Shown here: positions 1 to 9,022 of the stretch, piece by piece | Numbering within the stretch: position 1 is the stretch's first letter | Layout of the letters: every line of letters begins with the position of its first letter | Origin: Acidimicrobiia bacterium | GTDB taxonomy: Bacteria; Actinomycetota; Acidimicrobiia; Spongiisociales; ZC4RG35 | Direction of reading: 5' to 3' | DNA length: 64,000 nucleotides | Assembly: GCA_040880765.1 (NCBI GenBank) | Contig: JBBDHT010000066.1 | Span: forward strand, 4,513 to 68,512 | Made by a program: the position numbers and the translations under genes | The notes under the pieces: model-generated | Databases searched by the model: none | Told to the model about the DNA's origin: nothing | Seen by the model: only the letters and a program-made list of their open reading frames with translations

Positions 1-456
1 GATGTCATAGGCGACGATGGCTGTCGGCTTGTCGGGCCAGGAATCAGCAGCATCGTCGCCGATCTGCGACGCAACCCACCCGGCGAGACCCCGGGAGTGA
101 TACGGAGCGGGTGAGCCCATGAATAGAGTGACCCCGGGACGTCTCAGGCCGGGGGCCAGACCATGTCGTACCCAGTTCCCGACGCTGCGCTTGCCACCCC
201 GCTGGTAGAGATGGCCCCTGATTCTCTCTGCGACGTCAGCCCTTTCGTCGCCGGGGTGCACCAGAGAATCGAGAGTGAGTGAGTCGTGGCGGACCAGGGC
301 GCTCACGAAGGCACCAGAAGAAGTGCCTACGACAACTTCGGCACTATCCGGGTTCCACCCCGTGGCAAGTTGAACTGCCATCAGCGTCGCAATTTCATAC
401 GAAGCCCCGGTGACCCCACCGCCACCCAGGACAAGTCCTACCCTGGTCACATCCAT
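1..456 (-). CDS. patatin-like phospholipase (N-terminal part only; gene runs off the left edge of the window)
   Basis: Not in the ORF track because it is truncated. My reverse-strand translation from ATG at 456 reads MDVTRVGLVLGGGGVTGASYEIATLMA...EVVVGTSSGAFVSAL. It carries the patatin glycine-rich GGGxxG motif and the GxSxG nucleophile elbow (GTSSG). Confidence 0.75.
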   Translation of the reverse strand, partial: MDVTRVGLVLGGGGVTGASYEIATLMAVQLATGWNPDSAEVVVGTSSGAFVSALVRHDSLTLDSLVHPGDERADVAERIRGHLYQRGGKRSVGNWVRHGLAPGLRRPGVTLFMGSPAPYHSRGLAGWVASQIGDDAADSWPDKPTAIVAYDI

Positions 457-467
457 CAGAATAGGGC

Positions 468-1325
468 TTGGCTTCCCCATTCGGTACCGTTTGGGCAGTG
501 TTCACTCAAAAGCATTCGCCGGCCCTACCCGCTCCGATCGGTGATCTCGCCCATGAATGGGGCCAGGTTCCCAGCGATCCGATGCTCAGTGAGCACACGC
601 TCCTGCAGTTGGAGAGAGGCAAAGGCACCTGTCGGGTCTATGGGGAGCCGATCGAGGCGATCGTAACCCTGGTCGTGGCATCCGACGGCGGAGGCGGCCT
701 GGTCGAGGTCGCCGGTTCAACCCCGGATGCGCGGCGCGCGGCTTGGAAGGAGAGGCACCGGGAAATCGTGGATCTTGCCCGCAGGCACGGCTTGAGTCCT
801 CTAATCCTCATCGACCGCGATGGCCTGTCCTCGGACCAGCCCAGAATCGACTCGGTGGTGAGGATGATCATGGAGTTCGGCTCGAAACCGGAGGTTCCCC
901 CGGGTGAGCACATGGTGGCCGACGATGTCGGTCAAATCCTCACCGTGATCAATCGTGCGTTCGAGGGTCACCCCGAGAACGGCAACTGGACCGCAACGGA
1001 TGTGGCAGACCGGATGGCCAAGCCATGGTTCGATCCCCGCGGTTTGCTCGTGGAACGGGTAGACGGCGCCGTGGTTGGGTTCTGTTGGACAAAGGTGCAC
1101 GGCGATGGCGTCGGAGAGATCTATCTGCTGGCAGTCAACCAGGAGTTTGCCGGCGAAGGCTCCGGGAAAGACTTGGCGCTAAGGGGCCTGAGCTATCTCA
1201 GTGGCGTTGCGGGATGTTCGAAAGTCATCGTGTATACGGCTGCCACGAACAGCATCGCCCGCAAACTCTACGAGAGCCTTGGTTTCAGCGTCGACCGGGT
1301 CGATCACCGGGTTTTATTGAGTTGA
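468..1325 (+). CDS. mshD: mycothiol synthase-type GNAT acetyltransferase (MshD-like); true start probably internal, e.g. ATG at 582
   Basis: The C-terminal half (INRAFEGHPENGNWTATDVADRMAKPWFDPRGLLV..GFCWTKVHGDGVGEIYLLAV..ARKLYESLGF) matches the MshD C-terminal GNAT domain pattern as I remember it (HPEQG..W..WFDP.G..GFHWTKVH..GEVYV..LYxxLGF). The N-terminal half is short and weakly GNAT-like. Confidence 0.7.
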   Translation: MASPFGTVWAVFTQKHSPALPAPIGDLAHEWGQVPSDPMLSEHTLLQLERGKGTCRVYGEPIEAIVTLVVASDGGGGLVEVAGSTPDARRAAWKERHREIVDLARRHGLSPLILIDRDGLSSDQPRIDSVVRMIMEFGSKPEVPPGEHMVADDVGQILTVINRAFEGHPENGNWTATDVADRMAKPWFDPRGLLVERVDGAVVGFCWTKVHGDGVGEIYLLAVNQEFAGEGSGKDLALRGLSYLSGVAGCSKVIVYTAATNSIARKLYESLGFSVDRVDHRVLLS

Positions 1326-1329
1326 CGTG

Positions 1330-1539
1330 TCAGCCGAATCGGCTGCCACAACCTGAGCACCGCGTGTCCTGCTCGCGCGTCGGGCCGTAGCACCAGGGGC
1401 ACGGGAGATCTTCGCTCTTCTGATCGTGGAGATTGACCACGAGGGATGGGTTGATCTCATATCGTTGTTGACCCCGGATACCTTTGGCCAGTGCGAACAG
1501 ACCCGTCGTGGCGGTTGCTGTCATCAATGCCTCAAACAA
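1330..1539 (-). CDS. hypothetical small protein with zinc-ribbon-like C-terminus
   Basis: 69-aa ORF filling the gap between two supported genes. It has a hydrophobic N-terminus and a CPWC-x11-CSGC motif. No family recognised. Confidence 0.35.
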   Translation of the reverse strand: MFEALMTATATTGLFALAKGIRGQQRYEINPSLVVNLHDQKSEDLPCPWCYGPTREQDTRCSGCGSRFG

Positions 1540-1600
1540 TGTCCGTCCTCCTTGCCTTACAGGCAGAAGGCTAAGGCGAATAAGGTCGATTTTCGCGGAT

Positions 1601-2437
1601 TTAGGTGCCGAGGACTGCTTCGGTCAGATCGTGGACCAGATATGAGAGATCTCCGAGGCGGCCCTCGCGGACTTCGGCAGCATCGAGCATCATCGTGGCC
1701 GCGTGGTACGCCACCCACGGTCGATAGCTGCTTTCGGCGAGTTCGGCGCCGTATCCGCTGCGGAAAGCCGCGGCGGCATCCTCTCCAATGGTGTCGGCAA
1801 ACCGCCACACGGCCAGAGTCAGGTCCCATTCTGGCGGGGCGAGAGTTGCCCATTCCCAGTCGACCAGGGTCACGGCACCTTCTTCGTTGACCACGAACTT
1901 CGACGGTGTCGGCCGGGTGTGGGCCAGAACTGAAGCGGTGGCGTGGGGTGGGGTCATCTCGAGAGCGGCGTCGAGCACCCTCTGGTCGAGTTCGAACCGT
2001 CGGCGAAAGCGTCCCAGTCGGGTGATCGTCGACTGGTAATGAGACTCGACATATGCGCTGTCGATGCTGGTGGCGAGGTTGGTTATCTCCGCCTCGGTGT
2101 TGTGCACCCCCCGGAGTACCTCCCCGGCCGCCTCCACCGCGTCGAGGTTCTTCGGCAGATTCCCCAGATTCCAGTTGCCACCGTCGCTCATAGAGACCCA
2201 CGCCATGTCGCCTTCGACCTTGGAATCGATGATCGTTGGCACTCCCGGGGTCCCATTCAACGATTCGAGGGCCCGCCGCTCCCTGCGTTCCCGTGAGGGC
2301 ACCGGGTAGACCTTGACGATGATGGACGAACCGTCTTCTTTGATCACCCGGAACACACTGTTTGCTCCAGCCGAGAGTTCACGAAGAGTGGCGTTCGGGT
2401 GGGAACTTTCGACAAGCTCTCGTGGATTCATGTTCAT
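1601..2437 (-). CDS. phosphotransferase enzyme family protein (APH/choline-kinase-like fold), catalytic loop apparently degenerate
   Basis: Kinase-like layout: IIVKVY lysine region, and ..LAHTRPTPSKFVVNEEGAVTLVDWEWATLAPPEWDLTLA aligning to the HGDxxxxN...iDwe...DlA pattern. Start trimmed to MNMNPRELV (ATG 2437) to clear the divergent thrS. Confidence 0.7.
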   Translation of the reverse strand: MNMNPRELVESSHPNATLRELSAGANSVFRVIKEDGSSIIVKVYPVPSRERRERRALESLNGTPGVPTIIDSKVEGDMAWVSMSDGGNWNLGNLPKNLDAVEAAGEVLRGVHNTEAEITNLATSIDSAYVESHYQSTITRLGRFRRRFELDQRVLDAALEMTPPHATASVLAHTRPTPSKFVVNEEGAVTLVDWEWATLAPPEWDLTLAVWRFADTIGEDAAAAFRSGYGAELAESSYRPWVAYHAATMMLDAAEVREGRLGDLSYLVHDLTEAVLGT

Positions 2438-2509
2438 TCCGCTTCCTGGTGGTTGAAATTGATGAGTGGTATCCAGCGCGGGCTGGGTATTCTGCCTCAC
2501 CCAAGGCTA

Positions 2510-4459
2510 GTGAGAGTTGAGCAGTTGTCTATCGATCTTGAATACCCCGACGGGAAGGTAGTTCAGCATCCTGACGGTGTCACGGGCCTCGATGTGGCCC
2601 GTTCGATCGGCCCCGGGCTCGCCCGGGCCGCCGTCGCGATTCGCCTCGACGGCGCGTTGCGTGACCTCGACCGCCCGATCGACCACTCCGCGAGGTTTGC
2701 CGTGGTCACACTCGACGATCCCGACGGGTTGCACATCCTCCGGCACTCATCGGCCCACGTCCTGGCCCAAGCCGTGCTCGACCTCTATCCCGGATCCACC
2801 TTCGCCATCGGTCCGGCTATCGAAGACGGGTTCTACTACGACTTCAAGGTCGATGAGCCGTTCACCCCGGAGGATTTGGAGCGTATCCAGGGCCGTATGG
2901 AGGAGATCATCGCCGAGGACCAGCCGTTCATCAGGGACAGCGCCCCGGTCGACGATGCCCTCGAGACCTTCGCCGACCACCCCTTCAAACGCGAGATCAT
3001 CGCCAACGTGGACCCGAGTGAGGTCTCCGACGGCGAGGATGTCACACTCTACCGGAACAACGGCTTCGTCGACCTGTGCCGAGGTCCGCACCTCCCTTCC
3101 ACCGGGCGGATCCCGGCGGTGAAGCTACTCAGGACATCAGGTGCCTACTGGCGTGGTGACCAGGCCCGGGATCAGCTGCAGCGGGTCTATGGCACTTCCT
3201 GGCCGTCGAAGAAGGAGCTCGAGGAGTACCTGGTCCGCCAGGAGGAGGCCGAAAAGCGCGACCATCGCAAACTCGGGGCCGAGCTCGACCTGTTCAGCTT
3301 CCCCGACGAGCTGGGCTCGGGCCTGGCCGTGTGGCATGCCAAGGGGGGGATGCTGCGCAAAGTGATCGAAGACCGCAGTCGCGACATCCACGAGAAATAC
3401 GGGTTTGAATTCGTCTACACGCCTCATCTGGCCAAGGCGGACCTCTGGGAGACATCAGGACATCTCGGCTACTACGCCGAAAACATGTATCCCGGGCTCG
3501 AGATGGACAACGACCAGGAATATCGGGTCAAGCCGATGAACTGCCCGGGCCACATCCTCATCTACAAGAGCAGGGCAAGGTCATACCGGGACCTGCCGAT
3601 TCGCCTGTCCGAGCTGGGCGCGGTCTACCGGTATGAGAAGTCGGGCGTCGTCCACGGGTTGCTCAGGGCGCGCGGGTTCACTCAGGACGACTCGCACACT
3701 TTCTGCACCGGCGAGCAACTCGACTCCGAGCTCAGGATGCACCTCGACTTCGTCGTATCCTGGCTCAAAGACGCCGGGTTCACTGAGTTCGAGGCCGACC
3801 TGAGCACCCAACCGGAGAAGTCCGTGGGAGAACAGGAGCGGTGGGACTTCAGCGAGAGAGTTCTGGCGGAGGTCCTCGACTCCTCCGGGATCCCGTACAA
3901 AATCGCTGAAGGCGAAGGCGCGTTCTACGGCCCGAAGATCGACATGCACGTCAAGGATGCGATCGGGCGGAGATGGCAGCTCTCGACCATTCAGCTCGAT
4001 TTCACCTTGCCGGAGCGTTTCGAGCTCGAGTACACCTCAGCTGCCAATGTGGCCGAGCAGCCCTACATGATCCATTGTGCCAAAGCCGGATCACTGGAGC
4101 GCTTCATGGGTGTACTCATCGAACACCATGCAGGTGCGTTCCCGACGTGGATGGCCCCTGTACAGGCGACGATTGTCCCTGTCGCCGACCGCCACCTCGA
4201 CTACGCCGGGCAGGTGAGAAAGGCCCTGGAGGATGCCGGTCTCAGGGTTGAAGTCGACGATTCGGGTGACACCGTGGGCGACAAGATCCGCACTGCGATC
4301 ACCCAGAAGCACCCGGCAGTGATCGTCGTGGGAGACAACGACGTCGAAGCCGGAACCGTAGGCCTCCGTCTCTACGGTGAAGAGAAGGACACCAGGGGAG
4401 TGCCGTTGGATGAAGCGGTGGCCCGCCTTGCCGAAATGGCAGCGAAGCCGGCCCTGTGA
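2510..4459 (+). CDS. thrS: threonine--tRNA ligase
   Basis: 686-aa ORF with TGS-like N-terminus, editing-domain HSSAHVLAQA, class II core (RLSELGAVYRYEKSG, LLRARGFTQDDSHTF) and an anticodon-binding C-terminus. Start moved to in-frame GTG at 2510 (VRVEQLSIDL). Confidence 0.95.
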   Translation: MRVEQLSIDLEYPDGKVVQHPDGVTGLDVARSIGPGLARAAVAIRLDGALRDLDRPIDHSARFAVVTLDDPDGLHILRHSSAHVLAQAVLDLYPGSTFAIGPAIEDGFYYDFKVDEPFTPEDLERIQGRMEEIIAEDQPFIRDSAPVDDALETFADHPFKREIIANVDPSEVSDGEDVTLYRNNGFVDLCRGPHLPSTGRIPAVKLLRTSGAYWRGDQARDQLQRVYGTSWPSKKELEEYLVRQEEAEKRDHRKLGAELDLFSFPDELGSGLAVWHAKGGMLRKVIEDRSRDIHEKYGFEFVYTPHLAKADLWETSGHLGYYAENMYPGLEMDNDQEYRVKPMNCPGHILIYKSRARSYRDLPIRLSELGAVYRYEKSGVVHGLLRARGFTQDDSHTFCTGEQLDSELRMHLDFVVSWLKDAGFTEFEADLSTQPEKSVGEQERWDFSERVLAEVLDSSGIPYKIAEGEGAFYGPKIDMHVKDAIGRRWQLSTIQLDFTLPERFELEYTSAANVAEQPYMIHCAKAGSLERFMGVLIEHHAGAFPTWMAPVQATIVPVADRHLDYAGQVRKALEDAGLRVEVDDSGDTVGDKIRTAITQKHPAVIVVGDNDVEAGTVGLRLYGEEKDTRGVPLDEAVARLAEMAAKPAL

Positions 4460-4941
4460 GTGACGAGAGGCGGGTCGACCGCAGCGGCATCCACATCGAG
4501 AAAGATCTCGCCCGTTCGGTGGCGATTGAGGAGGAACTCGACGCAAATGTTGTCGGCCCGTACCGGTTCCCGCCACCGACGCGGCGACGGTCGGCCGGGT
4601 GGGTGTTCGTTGTTGCGGCCGGGATCGTCGCCGCCACCGTCGATGGCGGTTGGTTGCCGGCCGTTGGGCTGTTACTGCTCGCCGGATGGCAATTCCTGTC
4701 GGCCTGGCCGCTGAACGTCGACGAGCATCGCGCTCTAGGAGTCGCCGCCAGTTCGGTCACATTCCCGGTCGGTCACGCCTCGGGTGCGGTGACCTTCAAA
4801 GGATGGCGGTCACGCCCACGGTGGGCGATGGTTCTCTATTCGGCTACGGAGCCTCCGGACCAGAGGGCGCTCGTGGTCGTAGATGCCGTCGAGGGCACAG
4901 TTGTCGAAGAGGTCTACGTCGAGGACGTTCCCGGAGTTTGA
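4456..4941 (+). CDS. hypothetical membrane protein (two central TM helices)
   Basis: GTG start overlaps the thrS stop (GTGA). It has a hydrophobic pair GWVFVVAAGIVAATV / LPAVGLLLLAGWQFLSAW. No family recognised. Confidence 0.5.
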   Translation: MSDERRVDRSGIHIEKDLARSVAIEEELDANVVGPYRFPPPTRRRSAGWVFVVAAGIVAATVDGGWLPAVGLLLLAGWQFLSAWPLNVDEHRALGVAASSVTFPVGHASGAVTFKGWRSRPRWAMVLYSATEPPDQRALVVVDAVEGTVVEEVYVEDVPGV

Positions 4942-4952
4942 TCTGCTGGCTT

Positions 4953-6236
4953 CTACCGGGCGTCGAACTCGACGTAGTCGCGGACTGCCGGCCCGGTGTA
5001 GAGCTGTCGGGGACGGAAGATCTTCGCATCCGGGTCGGCGGACAGCTCCCGCCATTGTGAGATCCACCCCGGCAATCTGCCCATTGCGAACAACACTGTG
5101 AACATGTCCGTGGGGAATCCCATCGCCCGGTAGATGATGCCCGAGTAGAAGTCGACATTCGGGTAGAGCTTCCTCTCCACGAAGTAGTCGTCGTTGAGCG
5201 CTACCTGTTCCAGTTCAATCGCCACATCGAGAAGGGGGTCGTCGACACCCAGCAAGTCGAGCACTTCTTCGGCTGCCTTCTTGATGATCCGGGCCCGCGG
5301 GTCGAAGTTCTTGTAAACACGGTGCCCGAATCCCATGAGCCGGAACGGATCATCCTTGTCCTTGGCGCGGTTGACGAACGCGGAGGTATCGCCGTCGCTA
5401 CTGACGATCAAATCGAGCATCTCGAGCACTGCCTGGTTGGCCCCGCCGTGCAGGGGCCCGGACAGAGCATGGATGCCGGCGCTGATCGAGCTGAAGATAT
5501 TGGCATGGCCCGAGCCGACCAATCTCACCGCAGACGACGAGCAGTTCTGCCCGTGGTCGGCATGGAGGATCAACAGCATGTTGAGCGCCTTGGTCACCAC
5601 CGGATCAGGTATGTACTCCTCGGCCGGCACCGAGAACATCATCTTGAGGAAGTTGGACGCGTAGTCAAGCTCGTTGTCCGGATAGACGTAGGGCTGGTGC
5701 ATCGCGTACTTGTACGACCAGGCCACCATGGTCGGCGTCTTGGCAATCAGCCTTTTCGAGCTGATGTCAACTGACTCCTCGTCGAGCGGGTCGAGTGCAT
5801 CCGGGTAGTAAGTGGCGAGCGCCGATGTGGCCGAGGCCAGGATCTGCATCGGGTGTGCCGCGTGGGGAAACGCCTCGAATAGGTGTTTCACGTCTTCACG
5901 CAGCAGAGTGTGCCGGGTGATCTGGTCGACGTAGTCCTCGTACTCGGCTGTAGTCGGCAACTCCCCGTATTGGAGGAGATAGGCGACCTCGAGAAAATTC
6001 GACTTCTCGGCGAGTTGCTCGATGGGATACCCGCGATAGCGCAGGATCCCTTCCTCGCCGTTGATGTAGGTGACCTTGGACTCACCCTCTGCGGTATTGG
6101 CGAAGCCACGGTCTGACGTCACGATGCCCAGGGTCGACCGGAGACGACCTATGTCGACGGCGCTATCACCCTCAGTCCCGGTGTGAACCGGGAGCTCCAG
6201 TTCCTCATCTCCATACCTGAGCACTGCGTCAGACAT
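4953..6236 (-). CDS. gltA: citrate synthase (type II, GltA-like)
   Basis: Signatures GPLHGGANQAV, MGFGHRVYKNFDPRA and LYPNVDFYSG. Start trimmed to MSDAVLRYGDEELELPV (ATG 6236, preceded by GAAGGGA) to avoid overlapping the upstream gene. Confidence 0.92.
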   Translation of the reverse strand: MSDAVLRYGDEELELPVHTGTEGDSAVDIGRLRSTLGIVTSDRGFANTAEGESKVTYINGEEGILRYRGYPIEQLAEKSNFLEVAYLLQYGELPTTAEYEDYVDQITRHTLLREDVKHLFEAFPHAAHPMQILASATSALATYYPDALDPLDEESVDISSKRLIAKTPTMVAWSYKYAMHQPYVYPDNELDYASNFLKMMFSVPAEEYIPDPVVTKALNMLLILHADHGQNCSSSAVRLVGSGHANIFSSISAGIHALSGPLHGGANQAVLEMLDLIVSSDGDTSAFVNRAKDKDDPFRLMGFGHRVYKNFDPRARIIKKAAEEVLDLLGVDDPLLDVAIELEQVALNDDYFVERKLYPNVDFYSGIIYRAMGFPTDMFTVLFAMGRLPGWISQWRELSADPDAKIFRPRQLYTGPAVRDYVEFDAR

Positions 6237-6255
6237 CTGTTTCCCTTCTCGACCC

Positions 6256-8307
6256 TCAGGCCTCTGTGCCCCGGGCTGTGTTAATGACCTTGTCTGCCTC
6301 ATTGTGCGGCATTTCGGCGTAGTGGTCGAACTCAACTTCAAATGTCCCCCTCCCGGAGGTCAATGAACGGAGCTCGGCGGCGTACTGCTGAATCTCTGCC
6401 ATCGGCGCCTCGGCTTCGACGATACGGAGGCTGCCTTCCCCCTCCATGCCAAGAACCCTTCCCCGCTTCGAGTTGATATCGCCCATGACATCGCCGATGT
6501 GGTCGGCAGGCACGTAGATCTTTACCTTCATCACCGGCTCGAGGAGGATCGGCCCCAGCTTCTCCGAAGCGGCGCGCAACGCCTGTATCCCGGCCATCCG
6601 AAACGACAGCTCGTCGGAGTCGACCGGGTGATACTTCCCGTCGAACAGCTCGGCGGTCACATCGACCAGCGGGTAACCCGCCACGACCCCACGGTGCAGT
6701 GCTTCCTGCACTCCCTTGTCGACGGCGGGGATGAAACCGCGAGGAACCGAACCGCCCTTGACACTGTCGACGAACTCGTATCCGGCACCCCGCGGACGGG
6801 GAGCAAAGCGGACCGAGGCGACGGCGAACTGTCCCCGACCGCCGCTCTGTTTCTTGTGTTTGCCTTCTGCCTCTGCGGTGCGGGTGATCGTTTCCCGGTA
6901 CGGGATCTTGGGCAGGCTGGAGTCGATCTCGACGCCGTATCGCCTTCGAATACGCTCGAGTGTGACGTCGAGATGAGAGTCCCCCAGTCCGGATAGGATC
7001 GTTTCACCCGTATCCGCACGACGCGAGACCCGGATCGTCGGATCCTCCTCCTCGATGCGGTGCAGGGCTGTCGACAGCTTCTCCTCGTCCTGATTGGCGT
7101 GGGGGTTGATCGCAATCTCGGCGACGGGGCGGGGATATGCGACCGGCTTGATCACCGTGTCGGTTCCCGGTGAGCGCAGGGTGTCCCCGGCCCTGGTCTC
7201 TTCCAGCTTGGCCACCGCTCCGATCCCCCCGGTGGGCAATTCGGCGACCTCATGATGGTCCTTGCCCTGCAGTTTGTAGAGGTTGTGCAATCGCACCTGC
7301 CCGCCCCGAGCCAGTTCGAGGTTCTGATCCGACTTCACCGTCCCGGAGAAGATCCGGAACAGGGAGATCCTTCCCACAAATGGGTCGGAGATGGTTTTGA
7401 AAACATATGCCAACACCGGTCCTTCGAGGGCGGGGTCGAGCGCAGATCCCGATTCGAGTTCCGGCATCCGTCGCTCCAGTGGGTTTGGCCCGTAATCGGT
7501 GATGAATTCGAGCAGCAGATCGATGCCGACCAGCTTGTCTGCAGAAGTGACCAGGACGGGATCCATGGTCCCGGCAAGGATGCCAGCATGAACTGTGTCG
7601 ACGATTTGCTCGCGGGTCGGCTCGGTGCCCTCGAAGTACGCTTCCATCAGAGCGTCGTCAGTCTCTACTACCGACTCGATGAGGTTGATGTGGGTGCCAT
7701 GGACACGGTCGGCGATTTCTTCGGGCAGTTCGATTTCTTTGCCTCGTGGCGAGTCCGCCGCGTATTCGTACGAGCGTTCGCTAGCGATTCGGACAACACC
7801 ACGAAGGTCGCTTTCGACGCCGATCGGCATCTGGATTGGCGCAATTGCGTTGCCAAAAGATTCGCGGAGCTGGCTCAGGGTGCGCTCGAACGAGGCGCGC
7901 TCTCTGTCCAGTTTCGAAATGACGACGGCGCGGGGGATACCTTCAGCGCCGGCCAGTTCCCAAAGTTGCTCGGTTTGCACCTCGACCCCGTCAACTGCCG
8001 AGACCACGAATAGGGCGAGGTCGGATGCGCGCAGACCGGCGCGGGCGTCGCCGGCGAAGTCGCTCGCACCGGGAGTGTCGATGATGTTGATCCGGTGTCC
8101 GTTCCAGTCAACGGTTGCCACCGAAAGGCCAAGGGAGATACCGCGATCGATCTCCTCGGGCTCATGGTCGAAAAGACTGGTTCCCTGGTCAACCGATCCC
8201 TTACGTTTCGTGGCCCCTCCGACGAAGAGCATCGCCTCGGCCAGCGTGGTTTTCCCCGAACCGCCGTGTCCGACCAGTGCGACGTTGCGAACTTTGTCGG
8301 GTTGCAC
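6256..8307 (-). CDS. elongation factor G paralog (EF-G-like GTPase) with variant G motifs
   Basis: 683 aa with five-domain EF-G length and order. G1 is GHGGSGKTT, G3 is DTPGASDF (canonical DTPGHVDF), and G4 is SKLD (canonical NKxD). GTG start is preceded by AAGGAGG. Confidence 0.85.
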   Translation of the reverse strand: MQPDKVRNVALVGHGGSGKTTLAEAMLFVGGATKRKGSVDQGTSLFDHEPEEIDRGISLGLSVATVDWNGHRINIIDTPGASDFAGDARAGLRASDLALFVVSAVDGVEVQTEQLWELAGAEGIPRAVVISKLDRERASFERTLSQLRESFGNAIAPIQMPIGVESDLRGVVRIASERSYEYAADSPRGKEIELPEEIADRVHGTHINLIESVVETDDALMEAYFEGTEPTREQIVDTVHAGILAGTMDPVLVTSADKLVGIDLLLEFITDYGPNPLERRMPELESGSALDPALEGPVLAYVFKTISDPFVGRISLFRIFSGTVKSDQNLELARGGQVRLHNLYKLQGKDHHEVAELPTGGIGAVAKLEETRAGDTLRSPGTDTVIKPVAYPRPVAEIAINPHANQDEEKLSTALHRIEEEDPTIRVSRRADTGETILSGLGDSHLDVTLERIRRRYGVEIDSSLPKIPYRETITRTAEAEGKHKKQSGGRGQFAVASVRFAPRPRGAGYEFVDSVKGGSVPRGFIPAVDKGVQEALHRGVVAGYPLVDVTAELFDGKYHPVDSDELSFRMAGIQALRAASEKLGPILLEPVMKVKIYVPADHIGDVMGDINSKRGRVLGMEGEGSLRIVEAEAPMAEIQQYAAELRSLTSGRGTFEVEFDHYAEMPHNEADKVINTARGTEA

Positions 8308-8452
8308 AAGAAACCTCCTTGCTAGGGGAAACCCCGATCCTAATGCCGCATGGTTGGTTCTGGCCCAGAGGGAAGGAGCCGCCGGTCTTCATCCGCCGAT
8401 TTTGCATCAGGTGGGCGGTATCGGGGTCGGCTCCTGCTAGTTTCGGGGCTTC

Positions 8453-9022
8453 ATGATCGACATGAAGGTCCGGCCGCGGATCACCCGGTTCCTGGTTCCC
8501 ATGGGCAAGGGTCTCGCCGCAGTTGGAATCACTCCCGCCATGATGACCGTCTTCGGACTGTCCATCACCATCTTTGGCTCTGTTCTGATCGCCAACGGCT
8601 ACCTGAAATCAGGAGCCGGAGTGGTCTTGATCGGGTCGGCTTTGGATGGCCTCGACGGGTCGATTGCCCGGGTGACCGGAACCGAGTCGGCCCGTGGCGC
8701 GTTCCTCGACTCCGCGTTCGACCGACTCGGCGAGATTGCCGCCTTTGCCGGGCTTGGGGTGGCCAGTGCAGGCGCGCCGCGGGCCCTGCTACTCATCGTC
8801 CTCGCCGTCGGCGGAGCCATGCTCGTGCCCTACATGCGGGCCAGGGCCGAATCCCAGGGAATCGAGGGCAAGGGTGGCCTGATGGGCAGGGCGGAACGGG
8901 TGCTGCTCTTCACCGTGGGGATCCTCCTCGGACAGGTCGAACCAATGTTGTGGATTTTTGTGGTCACCGTCTGGTTCACCGCGGGCTACCGGTTCGCCAC
9001 CACCTACCGCTCCATTCCGTGA
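8453..9022 (+). CDS. pgsA: CDP-alcohol phosphatidyltransferase (phosphatidylinositol phosphate synthase-like)
   Basis: Complete CDP-alcohol motif DGLDGSIAR-x8-G-x3-D-x3-D (DGLDGSIARVTGTESARGAFLDSAFDRL). Multiple TM segments. Synteny with the acyltransferase and pimA matches the mycobacterial PIM cluster. Confidence 0.85.
   Translation: MIDMKVRPRITRFLVPMGKGLAAVGITPAMMTVFGLSITIFGSVLIANGYLKSGAGVVLIGSALDGLDGSIARVTGTESARGAFLDSAFDRLGEIAAFAGLGVASAGAPRALLLIVLAVGGAMLVPYMRARAESQGIEGKGGLMGRAERVLLFTVGILLGQVEPMLWIFVVTVWFTAGYRFATTYRSIP

Noticed and set aside
8350-9018. N-terminal 223 codons of the 515-aa track ORF, which would make a giant acyltransferase overlapping pgsA.
   Set aside because: This part overlaps the well-supported pgsA1 gene in another frame and translates to Arg/Gly/Pro-rich nonsense. 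An in-frame GTG at 9019 overlaps the pgsA stop (GTGA) and yields a normal-length LpxL/HtrB-type protein.
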